Assembly (NCBI GenBank): GCA_021325135.1
Contig: JAJPHT010000026.1
Span: forward strand, 1 to 64,000
DNA from: Pseudomonadota bacterium
Lineage (GTDB): Archaea > Thermoplasmatota > SW-10-69-26 > JACQPN01 > JAJPHT01
Direction: 5' to 3'
DNA: 64,000 nucleotides
Shown here: piece after piece, positions 9,386 to 17,853 of the stretch
How the letters are laid out: the number at the start of each line of letters is the position of its first letter
How positions within the stretch are numbered: the first letter of the stretch is position 1
Position numbers and translations under genes: made by a program
Notes under the pieces: model-generated
The model's database searches: none
Told to the model about the DNA's origin: nothing
The model's input: only the letters and a program-made list of their open reading frames with translations

Positions 9386-10501
9386 TCACGGGCCGCGCCG
9401 GCGCCCCACCCGGTTCGCGACGAGCATCGTGGGGAAGCGCAGCAGCGCGCCCGCGAAGAGCACCGTGCAGGCCAGCGCGACCGCGACGAGATAGCGGTTG
9501 GAGAGCGACACCGCCACCGGGTTGCGCACGGCCTCGGACGACGAGTCCGCCAGCGTCACGGTGCTGGCGCTGCCGTGGCCGGGGTCCACCTCCACGTCGG
9601 GCGAGGCGTACTCGTAGGTGTACCCCTTGGGCAGGTGGAGCGTGAGGGCCAGGTCCCAGCCGGGTTCCATCTTGATGACGATGAGCTGCGTGATGCCCAG
9701 CAGGTCGAAGGCGCTGCGCTCGTAGAGGGCGCCCGCGCTCTCGCCGCGGATCTCGTCCAGGAGGTGCTTGCGGTCCAGCTTCTGCTGGCGCTCCGCGGGG
9801 GAGAGATGCTGCGCGTCCAGCACGTCCTGGAGGATGCTCACGAGGCTCTCGCGCTTGAGGTACTGCACGTCCAGCGTCGTGTCCAGCGCGACGGGGGGCT
9901 CGCGGGAGTCGGGCAGGGGCGAGCGCACCGCGCCGGGCCCGTCGGGCACGGAGGGCGAGGGGGTGGGCTCGTCCAGGGGCGAGACGTTGGACCACGAGAA
10001 GCGCGAGGCGAGGAGCGTCGCGTCGGGGAACGTCGTCGAGACGAAGGTGGTAAGCGCGTCCTGCTCCTGCGCCTCGAAGGCCGCCACGGCCGCCGCGCTC
10101 AGCGTCGCGCGGAACTCGCCCGCGGTGATCACCATGGGGCCGGCGCGGTCCAGGGAGCCGTTGGGCGGCGCGCGGGGCGAGAGGCCGTAGAAGCGGCTCA
10201 CGTTGATGGCGCGGAACTCCAGATGCGCGGTCAAGCGCCCCTGGGCGCGGAAGTCGCCCCCTCCGAAGAGGACGCCCAGCGTCTGGAAGTCCAGCGAGCG
10301 GAAGTCCAGGTCCAGGTGGATGCGGACGTCCTCGCGGGTGAGGTTCGTGCCGGAGGCCAGCTCCGCCGCCGCGACCGCCGTCCCGCCCGGGTTGTTGGGG
10401 TCCAGCGGCAGGGGCAGCGGCGGGGTGGGGACCGCGGGGAGCCCCGCCGCGCTGATGGGGGCCGCAAGGAGGAGCGCCAGGAGGAGGGCCGCCGCGCGCA
10501 C
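9386..10501 (-). CDS. Exported protein with C-terminal membrane anchor, unknown function
   Basis: Signal peptide MRAAALLLALLLAAPISAA; C-terminal TM plus RRR tail; several NxS/T sequons. Confidence 0.75.
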   Translation of the reverse strand: MRAAALLLALLLAAPISAAGLPAVPTPPLPLPLDPNNPGGTAVAAAELASGTNLTREDVRIHLDLDFRSLDFQTLGVLFGGGDFRAQGRLTAHLEFRAINVSRFYGLSPRAPPNGSLDRAGPMVITAGEFRATLSAAAVAAFEAQEQDALTTFVSTTFPDATLLASRFSWSNVSPLDEPTPSPSVPDGPGAVRSPLPDSREPPVALDTTLDVQYLKRESLVSILQDVLDAQHLSPAERQQKLDRKHLLDEIRGESAGALYERSAFDLLGITQLIVIKMEPGWDLALTLHLPKGYTYEYASPDVEVDPGHGSASTVTLADSSSEAVRNPVAVSLSNRYLVAVALACTVLFAGALLRFPTMLVANRVGRRRGP

Positions 10502-10502
10502 G

Positions 10503-10850
10503 CTACCACCTCGGCGTGAGGCCGCTGGAGAAGAGGACGAGCCAGACGACGAACGCGCCCAGGGAGAGCACCAGCGCGGCGCGGCGGCGCAGGAGCATCG
10601 CGTCGAGGCGCGCCGCGCGCTCGGCCTCGGGCGCCTCGTCGAGGCGGGCCGCCACGCGGGAGGCGAACCACACGGGGGCGAAGGCGTAGGCGAGGATGGC
10701 GGCGAGGGCGCCCACGTAGAGCATGGGCGCGCGGAAGACGTGCAGGTCGTCCAGCGTGATGCCGGCGACGAAGAGGGCGAGGCAGAGCGCCGTGGCCGCG
10801 GGGCGCCCGGCGCGCAAGGCGCCCGTCCACGTCGCGTCCCGCGTCCTCAC
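10503..10850 (-). CDS. Small 3-TM membrane protein
   Basis: Hydrophobic segments; stop 1 nt before the start of the 9386-10501 gene; GTG start inferred. Confidence 0.6.
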   Translation of the reverse strand: MRTRDATWTGALRAGRPAATALCLALFVAGITLDDLHVFRAPMLYVGALAAILAYAFAPVWFASRVAARLDEAPEAERAARLDAMLLRRRAALVLSLGAFVVWLVLFSSGLTPRW

Positions 10851-10947
10851 GCCTGCGCCAGGGCCCCCGTGCGGACATATGGGTTTTGGACATGCACCCC
10901 GGCCGGTGGTCGCCACCTTGAAGAGCGCCGAGGCCGGTGGCCGCGCG

Positions 10948-12360
10948 ATGCGGCTGGCGGCGTGGGCGGTGGCGCTCCTGCTCCTTGCGCCGCTGGCCTC
11001 CGCGTGGCCCGCCGAGGTCCGCCAGGGGCTCGCGCCGGGGCTGCGCCTCCACGACGGGCTCCTCGTGGCCGGGGCCGTCAGCGCCTCCACGGGGAACGCC
11101 ACCGCCCTGGGCGCGGCCGAGGTCACGGGGCTCTTCCTGGGCGACGGCGCCACCGTCACGCAGTGCCCGCTCCAGGACGGCACGCGCCCTGACGCCTCCT
11201 GCGGGGGCCGCGCGGACATGCCCAACGGCCACGCCAAGATCCTCGTCCTTTCTGGGGGCCTCGTGGCGCAGCCCGTGGACCTCGCCCCCGCCACCCTGGA
11301 GTCCCCCTCGGGCGCGGGGCTCCTGGGGCGGGCGGACCTGGGGAACGCCACGCCGCCCCTGGACGTGCGCGGCCCCGCCCTCGCGCTGGGGGGCCGCGCG
11401 CACGTCCGCGCCGAGGCGCGCTCCTACCTGCTGCGCCCCTTCGGCCGCGAGGTGAGCGTCGAGGTGCGCGGCGACGCCGGCATCAAGCGCTACAACGGCA
11501 CCGAGGCCGTGCTCCAGGTGGACAACGCCAGCGGGCTCGACCTGGAGGCGCCCGCGGCCTTCCTCGTCCTGGAGAACGGCAGCCGCGTCTCCGTGGACGC
11601 CGCGCCCCTCGCCGTCGCGGAGAAGGGCAACGGGCTGGAGGACCTCTTCGCGCTGCTGCGCGCCATGACGCCCCCCGCCAGCGCGGACCGGCGCGCGGAC
11701 CTCGCCGACGCCTTCGGCCCCTTCCAGCTCGTCCCGGCGCTCCTGGACGGCACGCTGGCCGCGCATGCGAACCTCACCCTGAACGGCGCGCCGCAGGACG
11801 ACTTCGCCCTGGTGCGCGCCCCCGACGCGCGCCTCGTCCTCGCGGGCGAGGAGTGGCGAGGCGCGGGCAACGCGAGCCTTGTCGTCCAGGGCGACGTCCT
11901 CGCCGCCGATCCCGGCAGCCGCGTCGAGCCCCCCATCGTGCTGCCGCTGATCCTCGCGGGGCTCGCCATCGCCGGGCGCGTCCTCACCAGGCGCGAGCGC
12001 ACGCCGTGGAAGCGCCGCCGCCTCGTCGCGGCCGCGCGAGCCGCCGGGTTCGTCCTCCTGGCCCTGGTCGCGGCGCAGGTGCTCGCGGGCATCCTCGGCT
12101 TCCACCCGCTCCTCGACGCCGCGCGCCTCTCCGCCCGCAGCCGCGTCCAGGTGGGCACCCTGGTCGCGCTGGTCGCCCTGGCCTCGTGGCTCATGGTGGG
12201 GCTCTCCCTGGAGAGCCTTGCCCGCAGCGCGCTGGCCCTGCGCAGGCGCGCCGGCGCCCGCTTCCTCCCCGTCGCGGCGGGCATCCTCGCCGCGCTGGTC
12301 TTCCTCCTCGTCGCGGGCGCGCCGCTGACGAGCCTGGTGGCGAGGCTCGTCCGCCTTTGA
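10948..12360 (+). CDS. Exported-domain membrane protein, unknown function
   Basis: Signal peptide MRLAAWAVALLLLAPLASA; beta-rich ectodomain with sequons; about 4 C-terminal TM. Confidence 0.75.
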   Translation: MRLAAWAVALLLLAPLASAWPAEVRQGLAPGLRLHDGLLVAGAVSASTGNATALGAAEVTGLFLGDGATVTQCPLQDGTRPDASCGGRADMPNGHAKILVLSGGLVAQPVDLAPATLESPSGAGLLGRADLGNATPPLDVRGPALALGGRAHVRAEARSYLLRPFGREVSVEVRGDAGIKRYNGTEAVLQVDNASGLDLEAPAAFLVLENGSRVSVDAAPLAVAEKGNGLEDLFALLRAMTPPASADRRADLADAFGPFQLVPALLDGTLAAHANLTLNGAPQDDFALVRAPDARLVLAGEEWRGAGNASLVVQGDVLAADPGSRVEPPIVLPLILAGLAIAGRVLTRRERTPWKRRRLVAAARAAGFVLLALVAAQVLAGILGFHPLLDAARLSARSRVQVGTLVALVALASWLMVGLSLESLARSALALRRRAGARFLPVAAGILAALVFLLVAGAPLTSLVARLVRL

Positions 12361-12465
12361 GACGTGACAAGGCCGGGGCCTACCTCGTCCTCAGGCCCCC
12401 GGAGGGGCATCCCCGCGCGTGCACCGGACGCGCAGGAACGGGACCGCGGCCCCCCGAACCAGTGA

Positions 12466-12482
12466 CAAGATTCTTATATAGA
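12466..12482 (+). promoter_or_regulatory. Putative BRE/TATA promoter of the psmB-psmB-aCPSF1 unit
   Basis: CAAGATTCTTATATAGA, an AT-rich box in a GC-rich background about 50 nt upstream of ATG 12532. Confidence 0.6.
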
Positions 12483-12531
12483 ACCGCGATTTCACGCCTG
12501 TTCTTCTGGGCATTTTTTCCAGGGATGAATC

Positions 12532-13173
12532 ATGGACGGGACTCAGACTCTCAAGACCGGGACGACCACGGTCGCCCTCGTGACCAAGGAGGGCGTCGTC
12601 ATGGGCGCGGACATGCGCGCGACCATGGGCAACCTCATCTCCCACAAGGAGACCCAGAAGCTCTTCCGCATCGCGCCCCACATGGGCTTCACCATCGCGG
12701 GCCTCGTGGGCGACGCCCAGGTGCTCGCCCGCTGGCTGGAGGCCGAGGTGGAGCTCTACGAGACCAAGCGCGGCAGCCAGATGAGCATCAAGGCCGCCAG
12801 CACGCTGCTCGCCAACATCATGAACCAGCGCAAGTTCGCGCCCTTCTACGTCCAGCTCATCGTGGGCGGCGTGGACCTCGAGGGCTCCCACGTCTACTCG
12901 CTGGACAGCGCGGGCGGCAACATCCCCGACAAGTTCGTCACCACCGGCTCCGGCTCGGTGTTCGTCTACGGCGTGCTCGAAGACCACTACCGCGACGACC
13001 TCTCGCAGGACGAGGGGCTTGACCTCGCCATCCGCGGCATCACCGCGGCCATGAAGCGCGACAGCGCGTCGGGCGACGGCATGAACGTCTGCTCGATCAC
13101 CCGCGAGAAGGGCTTCGTCCTCCTCACCAAGGACGAGGTCGAGAAGCGCAAGAAGAAGATGGGGCTGAAGTAA
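12532..13173 (+). CDS. psmB: 20S proteasome beta subunit, copy 1
   Basis: Propeptide LKTG/TTTV, D17, K33, TIAGLVGDAQ, GSGS, RDSASG. Confidence 0.96.
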   Translation: MDGTQTLKTGTTTVALVTKEGVVMGADMRATMGNLISHKETQKLFRIAPHMGFTIAGLVGDAQVLARWLEAEVELYETKRGSQMSIKAASTLLANIMNQRKFAPFYVQLIVGGVDLEGSHVYSLDSAGGNIPDKFVTTGSGSVFVYGVLEDHYRDDLSQDEGLDLAIRGITAAMKRDSASGDGMNVCSITREKGFVLLTKDEVEKRKKKMGLK

Positions 13174-13174
13174 G

Positions 13175-13828
13175 ATGGAGGCCAACGCGTCGGAGCGCAA
13201 GCTCCTCAAGACCGGCACCACCACGGTGGGCATCGTCACCAAGGACGGCGTCGTCATGGGCGCCGACCAGCGCGCCACCATGGGGCACCTCATCGCGCAC
13301 AAGGACACGCAGAAGCTCTTCCGCATCGACAACCACCTGGCGATGACCATCGCGGGCGGCGTGGGCGACGCGCAGGTGCTCGTGCGCTGGCTGAAGAGCG
13401 AGGTCGACCTCTACAAGCTGAAGCGCGGCACCGAGATCAGCGTCCGGGCCGCCTCCACGCTGATGGCGAACATCCTCAACCAGAACAAGTTCAGCCCCTT
13501 CTACGTGCAGCTCCTGGTGGGCGGCGTGGACCTGGAGGGCAACCACATCTACTCCCTGGACGCCGCCGGCGGCAGCATCCCCGACAAGTTCGTGACCACG
13601 GGCTCGGGCAGCGTGTTCGTGTACGGCGTGCTGGAGGACCACTACAAGGACGACATGAGCCTCGACGAGGGGCTCGATCTGGCCGTGCGCGGCCTCACCG
13701 CCGCCATGAAGCGCGACAGCGCGTCGGGCGACGGCATGAACGTGTGCACCATCACCCGCAAGGAAGGCTATCGCCAGATCCTCAAGGAGGACCTGGAGAA
13801 GCGCAAGAAGAAGCTCGGCCTGCGCTGA
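13175..13828 (+). CDS. psmB: 20S proteasome beta subunit, copy 2
   Basis: LLKTG/TTTV, D17, K33, TIAGGVGDAQ, GSGS, RDSASG; about 75% identical to copy 1 by manual alignment. Confidence 0.96.
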   Translation: MEANASERKLLKTGTTTVGIVTKDGVVMGADQRATMGHLIAHKDTQKLFRIDNHLAMTIAGGVGDAQVLVRWLKSEVDLYKLKRGTEISVRAASTLMANILNQNKFSPFYVQLLVGGVDLEGNHIYSLDAAGGSIPDKFVTTGSGSVFVYGVLEDHYKDDMSLDEGLDLAVRGLTAAMKRDSASGDGMNVCTITRKEGYRQILKEDLEKRKKKLGLR

Positions 13829-13837
13829 GCGCGCCAG

Positions 13838-13860
13838 CTTCTTCTTTTCTTTCCCTCTCC
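13838..13860 (+). terminator. U/pyrimidine-rich tract between psmB2 and aCPSF1 (putative terminator or attenuator)
   Basis: CTTCTTCTTTTCTTTCCCTCTCC about 10 nt after the psmB2 stop. Confidence 0.55.
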
Positions 13861-13879
13861 AACCAAGGAAGTTCCCCAC

Positions 13880-15793
13880 ATGGGCGTCGAAGACGTTCTC
13901 CGCGAGATCCGCGACGAAGTGCAGAAGGAGGTGCCCTCCTCCGTCGAGGTCACTGACATCGAGTTCGAGGCCGCCGTGCTCGTGATCTACACGAAGCACC
14001 CCGAGAAGTTCGCGGAGGACGAGGACCTCGTCCGCAGGCTCGCGAAGAAGCTCAGGAAGCGCGTCGTGGTCCGCCCCGACCCCTCGGTGCTGGCGAAGAT
14101 CGAGGAGGCGGACAAGAAGATCCGCGACCTCGTGCCCGCCGAGGCCGAGATCACCGAGCTCTACTTCGAGCCCGACATCGGCGAGGTCATCATCGAGGCG
14201 CGCAAGCCCGGCCTCGTCATCGGCCGCCACGGCACGACGCTGAATGACATCAAGAAGACCATCGGCTGGGCGCCAAAGGTCGTGCGCACGCCGCCCATCC
14301 CGTCGAAGACGGTGAAGGACCTGAGGGAATACATCCGCAGCGTGGCGGAGGAGCGCAAGGACATCCTCCACCGCGTGGGCCGCAGGATCTACCGCGGCGG
14401 CGTGAAGGAGGAGCAGTGGGTCCGCTGGACCAGCCTGGGCGGCTACCGCGAGGTGGGCCGCTCGTGCCACCTGCTCCAGACGCAGGACACCAAGATCCTC
14501 ATCGACTGCGGCGTGAACTTCAGCAACGACGACAAGGCGTCCCCCTATCTCCACCTGGGCGAGGTGTGGCCCCTCACGCAGTTGGACGCCGTGATCCTCA
14601 CGCACGCCCACATGGACCACTGCGGCCTCATCCCGCTGCTCTACAAGTACGGCTACGACGGCCCCGTCTACTGCACGCCGCCCACGCGCGACCTGTCCGT
14701 GCTCATGCAGCTGGACTACATCAAGATCGCCGCGGCGGAAGGGAAGAAGCCGCCCTACGAGAGCGACCACGTCCGCGAGTGGGTGAAGCACTGCGTGACG
14801 CTGGAGTTCGGCGACACCACGGACATCGCGCCCGACGTGAAGCTCACGTTCAGCAACTCGGGGCACATCCTGGGCAGCGCGGTCTCGCACTTCCACATCG
14901 GCGACGGTTTCTACAACGTGTGCTGCACGTCGGACATGAAGTACGAGCGCACGTGGCTGTTCAACCCCACCAACAACAAGTTCCCGCGCCTGGAGACGCT
15001 CATCATCGAGGCCACCTACGGCGGGCGCAACGACTTCCAGCCCACGCGCCAGCAGGCCACCGACCAGATGAAGGAGATCTGCCAGCGCGTCCTCACGCGC
15101 GGCGGCAAGATCATCGTGCCCAGCTTCGCCGTGGGCCGGAGCCAGGAGATCATGCTCGTCATGGAGGAGCTGATCCGCAACGGCGACTGCCCGCGCGTGC
15201 CGGTCTATCTCGATGGCATGATCTGGGAGGCCACCGCCATCCACACGGCCTACCCGGAGTACCTCAACAACGAACTGAGGAACGAGATCTTCCACGAGGG
15301 ATCGAACCCCCTCCTCTCGGACATCTTCATCCGCGTCGACTCGTTCGAGATGCGCCGCAAGGTCATCGACAGCGACGAGCCGTGCGTCGTCGTCACCACC
15401 AGCGGCATGATGAGCGGCGGCCCGGTCATGGAGTACTTCAAGAACTGGGGCGCCGACCGCCGGAACGCCCTCGTCTTCGTGGGATTCCAGGCGGGCGGCA
15501 CGCTGGGGCGGCGCATCCAGCAGGGGTGGCGCGAGATCCCCATGGCGGGCCAGGGCGGCCGCAGCAGCGTCGTCAAGATCGAGCTGGACGTGGAGACCGT
15601 GGACGGCTTCTCGGGCCACTCCGACCGGCGGCAGCTGATGAACTACATCAACAACATCACGCCCAAGCCGGACCGGGTCATCACGATGCACGGCGAGGAG
15701 TCGAAGTGCATCGACTTCGCCACGTCGATCCACAAGAAGTACCACATCATGACGGACGCTCCTTACAATTTGGAGACCATCCGGCTGAAGTGA
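13880..15793 (+). CDS. fttA: aCPSF1/FttA beta-CASP ribonuclease with KH domains, transcription termination factor
   Basis: KPGLVIGRHG (KH), LGGYREVGRSC, THAHMDHCG, SGHILGS, FAVGRSQE, GFSGHSDR, HGE; 637 aa; conserved position after psmB. Confidence 0.96.
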   Translation: MGVEDVLREIRDEVQKEVPSSVEVTDIEFEAAVLVIYTKHPEKFAEDEDLVRRLAKKLRKRVVVRPDPSVLAKIEEADKKIRDLVPAEAEITELYFEPDIGEVIIEARKPGLVIGRHGTTLNDIKKTIGWAPKVVRTPPIPSKTVKDLREYIRSVAEERKDILHRVGRRIYRGGVKEEQWVRWTSLGGYREVGRSCHLLQTQDTKILIDCGVNFSNDDKASPYLHLGEVWPLTQLDAVILTHAHMDHCGLIPLLYKYGYDGPVYCTPPTRDLSVLMQLDYIKIAAAEGKKPPYESDHVREWVKHCVTLEFGDTTDIAPDVKLTFSNSGHILGSAVSHFHIGDGFYNVCCTSDMKYERTWLFNPTNNKFPRLETLIIEATYGGRNDFQPTRQQATDQMKEICQRVLTRGGKIIVPSFAVGRSQEIMLVMEELIRNGDCPRVPVYLDGMIWEATAIHTAYPEYLNNELRNEIFHEGSNPLLSDIFIRVDSFEMRRKVIDSDEPCVVVTTSGMMSGGPVMEYFKNWGADRRNALVFVGFQAGGTLGRRIQQGWREIPMAGQGGRSSVVKIELDVETVDGFSGHSDRRQLMNYINNITPKPDRVITMHGEESKCIDFATSIHKKYHIMTDAPYNLETIRLK

Positions 15794-15886
15794 GCGCCCT
15801 CCCCCGCCGGGCGCGGTGCCGGAAGTCCACAAGCGCACGCCTTAAGTGGCGGGTCCAGGAGAACCAGCCCCCGAGCGGAGCCTCCC

Positions 15887-16330
15887 ATGGGCCTGAGCGT
15901 CACGGCGAGCCACGTCATCTGGTTCTTCGCCTTCGTGGGCCTCGCGGGGGGCGTGCTCACGGCCTTCTTCGACCTCTCCGGCACCTTCCGTCACGCGGAG
16001 GCCACGCGCCAGGCCATCGACTCGGAGAAGCTCCACGCGTTCCTCGCCAACGCCACGTTCTGCTACGACGGCGCCGCGCAGGAGGTCCGCGTCAACGCGA
16101 CCAACGAGGGCGCCGCCGCGCTGGACGTGGGCAACCTCACCTTCGTGCTCGACGGCGCGCCCGCCTCCGGCTTCGCCGCGACGCCGCAGGACGGCGTGGC
16201 CACCTCCTTCTGGGCGCCCGGCGAGTGGATGGCCTTCACGGAGACGGGCGTCGCCCGCGAGCCATCCACGCTGGTGATCGCGACGGAGCACGGCGTCCTG
16301 GTGCGCGCGACGAAGACGGCGTGCCCGTAG
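15887..16330 (+). CDS. Archaellum accessory protein FlaF/ArlF-like (FlaF/FlaG family)
   Basis: MGLSVTASHVIWF plus TM; VNATNEG..LDVGNLTFVLDG; WAPGE; LVIATEHGV. Confidence 0.75.
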   Translation: MGLSVTASHVIWFFAFVGLAGGVLTAFFDLSGTFRHAEATRQAIDSEKLHAFLANATFCYDGAAQEVRVNATNEGAAALDVGNLTFVLDGAPASGFAATPQDGVATSFWAPGEWMAFTETGVAREPSTLVIATEHGVLVRATKTACP

Positions 16331-16334
16331 GCCC

Positions 16335-17789
16335 TCAGCAGAGCGCGCGGCCCGACGTCTGCTCCGCGACGTAGGTCCCGCCCTTCTCCTTGCCGAGGGC
16401 CTTGTCCGCGTACCAGACGAAGGCGGGCTTGCAATCGGCGGTCAGGGTCTGCCCGTAGACGTCGCTGGAGCGGTTGCAGGTGAACCCCGCCGCGGGATTG
16501 CCCAGCGGCGAGGCCGGCAGGCCCCCCGTGCAGGCGCCCATGAGCTCGGAGGCCGTGCCCTTCCACGCCGCGACGGTCGCGAGGGAGAAGGCCTCGAACG
16601 TCGGCGTGGCGTTCATGGCGTCGAGCGACTCGTCGATGGTGGGCATCCAGAGCGCGCCCGTGCCGTTCCCGTCGCCCGCGAGGGAGAAGATGGCGATCTT
16701 GCCGGGGCCGCCCGCGACGATCTGCGCGAGGACGCGGCCCGTGCCGGGCTTCGCGCTGGCCTCGGCGGGGGCCACGACGACGGGCTTGGAGAACTTGGCC
16801 GCATCCGGCGCGGCCCAGACGTAGGCCAGCGCGGAGCCGTCGTAGTCCGGGTAGGGCTTGGGCGACTCGGGGTACGCGACGTAGAGGTCGCCCGCCGAGT
16901 CCAGCGCGGCGGTGGGCATCTGCGCGCCCACGATCTTGCTCGACGCGCTGTCGTCCACCGCGAGGGCCGGCGTCCATGTGGCGCCGTGGTCCTTCGACGT
17001 GGAGACCCAGATGCGCGTCGCCGCGACGACGTTGATCTCGAAGGGCCCCGTGACGGAGGCGCCGCACCCGCCCGCCGCGGACGTGCGCGTGGGGTAGACG
17101 GCGTAGATCTGGCCGGTGTCATGGTTCGCCACGAGCTTCGCGGGGCCGCCCGAGTCGGAGCACTGCAGGTCCAGCCAGGCCTGGCTGCCAGGGGGCGCGA
17201 CGGGCACGGGCGCGCCGAAGGTGGCGCCGCTGTCGTGCGAGGTCGACACGAACATCTCGTGCTGCGCCGCGCCGGACGCGAGGTTGTGCCAGAGCATGTA
17301 GACGTCGTAGGTCCCGTCGGCGTTCTTCGGGCCATACGCCAGCCACTGCCGGTCCTGGTCCTTGAGCTGCTGGCCGCTGGAGGATTTCCATGTCGTCCCG
17401 TTGTCGTCGGTGTAGTGGATGTCCAGCGCGATGCCCGTGCCGTTGATCACGCTGGCGAGCACGCGGCCCGAGGGGAGGACCAGGATCTCGTTGTCGGAGT
17501 TGGGCGTCGTGGTGGGCGGATTGGCCTTTGTCCTCGTCCAGCTCAGGCCGGTGGACGACCAGTAGATGGCCTCCGTGGAGGTGGGTCCCCCCTCCTGGGT
17601 CGTGAGCCACTGGCGCCCGTCGGGGCCCGTCGCCATGGAGGGCTCCCAGCCCCCGTTGTTGACCTGGACGGCCTGGAAGACCGGGGGCGCGGCGTCGTTG
17701 CCCGGCTCGCCGTTCTGGCCGGTGGGGGGCTTTTGGGCGCCGAGGCAGCCGGCCGAGAGGAGGATGAGGACGAGGACCCAGGAGCGCAT
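16335..17789 (-). CDS. Sialidase-like (BNR/Asp-box) beta-propeller lipoprotein
   Basis: Lipobox LSAGCLG; YTDDNGTTW, SHDSGATF, SKDHGATW Asp-boxes; DRQWLA. Confidence 0.85.
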   Translation of the reverse strand: MRSWVLVLILLSAGCLGAQKPPTGQNGEPGNDAAPPVFQAVQVNNGGWEPSMATGPDGRQWLTTQEGGPTSTEAIYWSSTGLSWTRTKANPPTTTPNSDNEILVLPSGRVLASVINGTGIALDIHYTDDNGTTWKSSSGQQLKDQDRQWLAYGPKNADGTYDVYMLWHNLASGAAQHEMFVSTSHDSGATFGAPVPVAPPGSQAWLDLQCSDSGGPAKLVANHDTGQIYAVYPTRTSAAGGCGASVTGPFEINVVAATRIWVSTSKDHGATWTPALAVDDSASSKIVGAQMPTAALDSAGDLYVAYPESPKPYPDYDGSALAYVWAAPDAAKFSKPVVVAPAEASAKPGTGRVLAQIVAGGPGKIAIFSLAGDGNGTGALWMPTIDESLDAMNATPTFEAFSLATVAAWKGTASELMGACTGGLPASPLGNPAAGFTCNRSSDVYGQTLTADCKPAFVWYADKALGKEKGGTYVAEQTSGRALC

Positions 17790-17853
17790 GACGCGGCCGC
17801 CATGCCCGATCCCAGGATAAGCCGTTGCTGGCGGCGGCGTTGTCCAACGCGCG

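Noticed and set aside
12532-13828. psmB duplication as a simple assembly repeat artefact
   Set aside because: About 25% amino-acid divergence, mostly conservative, and different propeptides indicate true paralogues
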